This document shows positions 61,727-64,000 of a stretch of 64,000 nucleotides of DNA, one piece after another. The stretch covers positions 6,208,001-6,272,000 of the forward strand of contig CBDETY010000003.1 in NCBI GenBank assembly GCA_965243025.1. The letters run 5' to 3'. Each line of letters starts with the position of its first letter. Within the stretch, counting starts at the first letter, position 1. The notes beneath the pieces were generated by a model, which ran no database searches, was not told where the DNA came from, and saw nothing but the letters and a program-made list of their open reading frames with translations. This DNA comes from Candidatus Latescibacterota bacterium. GTDB taxonomy: Bacteria > Latescibacterota > UBA2968 > UBA8231. The position numbers were made by a program, and so were the translations under genes.

Positions 61727-62584
61727 ATGCGACTCCTGACCAAAGACGACGAATCCGCCCTGCGGCAGTACTTCGACGATATCGCCGATTCGCGGCCTCT
61801 TGCCCGAGAGCAGGAGGTCGCTCTCGCCGCCCGCATCAAGCTGGGCGACATGGAGGCGCGCGAGGAGCTGGTGCAGGCCAACCTGCGCTTCGTCGTCGAC
61901 GTCGCCAAGAACTACCAGAACCGCGGCCTGTCGCTTCCCGAGCTGATCAGCGCCGGCAACGTCGGCCTGATGACGGCCGCCGACCGCTTCGACGGCACCA
62001 AGGGCTTCAAGTTCATCTCCTACGCGGTCTGGTGGATTCGCCAGTCGATCCTGCAGACCATCGCCGACGAGGCGCGCACCGTGCGTCTGCCCCTGAACAA
62101 GCTGAGCCTGCTCAAGGACATCTCCAAGGTCTCCCGCAAGCTCGGCCTCGAAGGGGAAGGGGAGCAGAAGTTCGAGCAGATCGCCGAGGAGCTCGAGGTC
62201 GCCCCCGAGGAGGTGCTCGACGCCATTCTCAGCGCCAGGCAGCCCCGCTCTCTCGACGAGACCTTCGACGACGACGAGCGCACCCTGATGAACGTCCTGC
62301 CCGACGAGGGCCAGCAGGCCCCGGACGAGGGATTGCTCGACGAGTCGGCCAAGTCCCAGGTCGACAGGGCGCTGATGCACCTCGACGACCGCGAGCAGTA
62401 CATCATCACCAACTACTTCGGTCTCAACGGCGAAGATCCGCTGACCCTCGAGCAGATCGGCCGCCTCATGGGGCTGACCCGGGAGCGCGTCCGCCAGCTC
62501 AAGGAGCGCGCCCTCGGCAAGCTGCGCAGCCCGGAGCTGTACGAGCCCCTTCTCAGCCTGAGCGAGGAGAGCGAAGTCTTCTGA
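61727..62584 (+). CDS. RpoD/SigA-family sigma-70 factor, short form lacking region 1.1
   Basis: ANLRFVV, GNVGLM, GFKFISYAVWWIRQSI, VRLPLN, TLEQIG..LTRERVRQ. Confidence 0.92.
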   Translation: MRLLTKDDESALRQYFDDIADSRPLAREQEVALAARIKLGDMEAREELVQANLRFVVDVAKNYQNRGLSLPELISAGNVGLMTAADRFDGTKGFKFISYAVWWIRQSILQTIADEARTVRLPLNKLSLLKDISKVSRKLGLEGEGEQKFEQIAEELEVAPEEVLDAILSARQPRSLDETFDDDERTLMNVLPDEGQQAPDEGLLDESAKSQVDRALMHLDDREQYIITNYFGLNGEDPLTLEQIGRLMGLTRERVRQLKERALGKLRSPELYEPLLSLSEESEVF

Positions 62585-62588
62585 CGGA

Positions 62589-62616
62589 TCGGCCGCCCTC
62601 GATGGAGGGCGGCCGA
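62589..62616 (+). terminator. GC hairpin after the sigma gene (no U-tract)
   Basis: TCGGCCGCCCTC-gatg-GAGGGCGGCCGA. Confidence 0.45.
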
Positions 62617-62627
62617 CCCCCGGCGCC

Positions 62628-64000
62628 ATGAAGGAAAACGCAGCATCCGCGGAGGCAGAGGCCGGCGGTGCTGCCGACAGAACCGCCGCCTCGCCCGCCG
62701 CACCTTCCCGAGGCGAGGTGGTGCGCAGCATGCGCGCCTTCACCACCCACCAGGGTCTGTGGGGCGCCTGGAGCCAGTTCGCCGGCCTGAGCACCGCGGT
62801 CATGACCGGCTACGCCCTGTGGCTCGGGGCCGATGCCGCGGCGGTCGCCCTGCTGTCGTCGATCATCTCGGTGATGGCGCTGGCGCAGCTCGCCGCCCCT
62901 CTCATCGGGGCCCGCTTCGGGGACGAGAAGCGCTTCATCCTCAACAGCCGCATGGGTGCGATGCTGCTTCGCGGCAGCATCCTCGCCATCCCGTTCGCCG
63001 TCCCCGGGGAATACCGCTTTCCCCTCCTGGTCGTCCTGCTGAGCGCCAGCCTTCTGCTCGTCCAGCTCAGCTCCCCCTACATCGGCAGCTGGCAGTCGAA
63101 CATCATTCCGCGCGCCATCCGCGCCCGCTTCACCAGCCGCGCGACCATCGTCGCCACGGTCGCGGCCATGGTTTCCGGAATCGCCGTCGGGGCCTTCCTC
63201 GACGCCTTCGACGAAGAGGGCAAGCAGATCGGGTTCGCCTCGGTGTTCGCCGCCAGCGTCCTGCTCGGATGGGTGAGCAACCGGGCCCTGAAAGCAGCGT
63301 CGTACCCGCGCCACGGGGGGGAGTCCTCGCAGCGGATGCAGCCGCGGCTGATCGCCGAGCCCCTGAGGGACGGCAACTTCAGGCGGGCGATCCTGTTTTT
63401 CGGGTCCTCGCAGTTCGCCCTCGGCCTGGCGGCGCCGTTCTACACCGTCTACATGCTCCAGCACCTCGGGCTGTCCTACACGACGATCTCCATCTTCTCG
63501 GCGGTCAACATGGTCGCTTCGATCTCCGGCTACCGCATCTGGGCGGGGCTGATCGACCGCTTCGGCGGCAAGCCGGTCCTGCAGCTGCTTCTCGGTCCGT
63601 TCGCGGCGGTGCCGCTGCTGTGGGTCTTCGCCGACGCCGACCGCTACTGGCTGATCCCGGTGGCCCTTACCATCGGCGGGTTCCTCGGCGCCGGGGTCAG
63701 CACCGGGATAACGCCGCTGATGTTCGACCTGCTTCCCCAGGGTCCGAAGAAGCCGGTGTACCTCGCGGTCTGGTCCGCATCTGTCAGCCTCATCTACGGA
63801 CTCGGACCGCTCCTCGGCAGCTTCATGAGCCGCACTCTCGCCGGCGTGGAACTGCAGCTGCCCGGGGCGACCGTGGGACCCCTGCACGTAATCTTCGCGG
63901 CCAGCGCCGCCGCCGGCATCGCGCCGCTCCTGCTCCTGTCACGGGTGCGGGACCGCTCCGTCATCAGCTCCCGCTCGCTGCTGCGCCAGATGTCGACGGG
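62628..64000 (+). CDS. MFS transporter (runs off the window end)
   Basis: Manual translation MKENAASAE...TGYALWLGA...WQSNIIPRAIRARF...PFYTVYML...IDRFGGKPVL, with many TM segments. Confidence 0.8.
   Translation, partial: MKENAASAEAEAGGAADRTAASPAAPSRGEVVRSMRAFTTHQGLWGAWSQFAGLSTAVMTGYALWLGADAAAVALLSSIISVMALAQLAAPLIGARFGDEKRFILNSRMGAMLLRGSILAIPFAVPGEYRFPLLVVLLSASLLLVQLSSPYIGSWQSNIIPRAIRARFTSRATIVATVAAMVSGIAVGAFLDAFDEEGKQIGFASVFAASVLLGWVSNRALKAASYPRHGGESSQRMQPRLIAEPLRDGNFRRAILFFGSSQFALGLAAPFYTVYMLQHLGLSYTTISIFSAVNMVASISGYRIWAGLIDRFGGKPVLQLLLGPFAAVPLLWVFADADRYWLIPVALTIGGFLGAGVSTGITPLMFDLLPQGPKKPVYLAVWSASVSLIYGLGPLLGSFMSRTLAGVELQLPGATVGPLHVIFAASAAAGIAPLLLLSRVRDRSVISSRSLLRQMST

Overview
GC-rich bacterial chromosomal segment. 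Several features suggest a deep FCB-superphylum lineage such as Ca. Latescibacterota (inference): a short FKFISYAVWWIRQ-type sigma-70, secreted proteins with FlgD/T9SS-like or dockerin-like C-termini, a DUF6785-like membrane protein and DUF2723 proteins. Housekeeping genes are dnaG, rho-rpmE-DUF1385-prfA-prmC, recA, hpt, dacA, a double-length uvrA, tsaC, selB and three tRNAs (Val-CAC, Ile2-CAT, Val-GAC). They are interleaved with a sugar ABC transporter, catabolic enzymes and two surface-glycosylation blocks (19.9-29.9 kb and 33.6-39.6 kb). Most notable: (1) two TMEM260/DUF2723-like GT-C+TPR proteins, one in an operon with a GT2 and a flippase-like protein, forming a candidate bacterial protein O-glycosylation system; (2) a sigma54 -24/-12 promoter with IHF and UAS-like sites in front of a sigma-70 gene, a candidate sigma cascade; (3) an SppA peptidase fused to a FadL/PorV-like barrel; (4) a tandem-fused UvrA; (5) a recurring TTG-N19/20-TAnnTT promoter motif and a candidate LexA box at recA; (6) a two-conformation RNA structure upstream of the first DUF2723 gene; (7) a degraded FGE-sulfatase gene and tandem MITE-like repeats. 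No CRISPR array, rRNA, transposase or prophage was seen. All family calls come from motif recognition by eye, not database searches.
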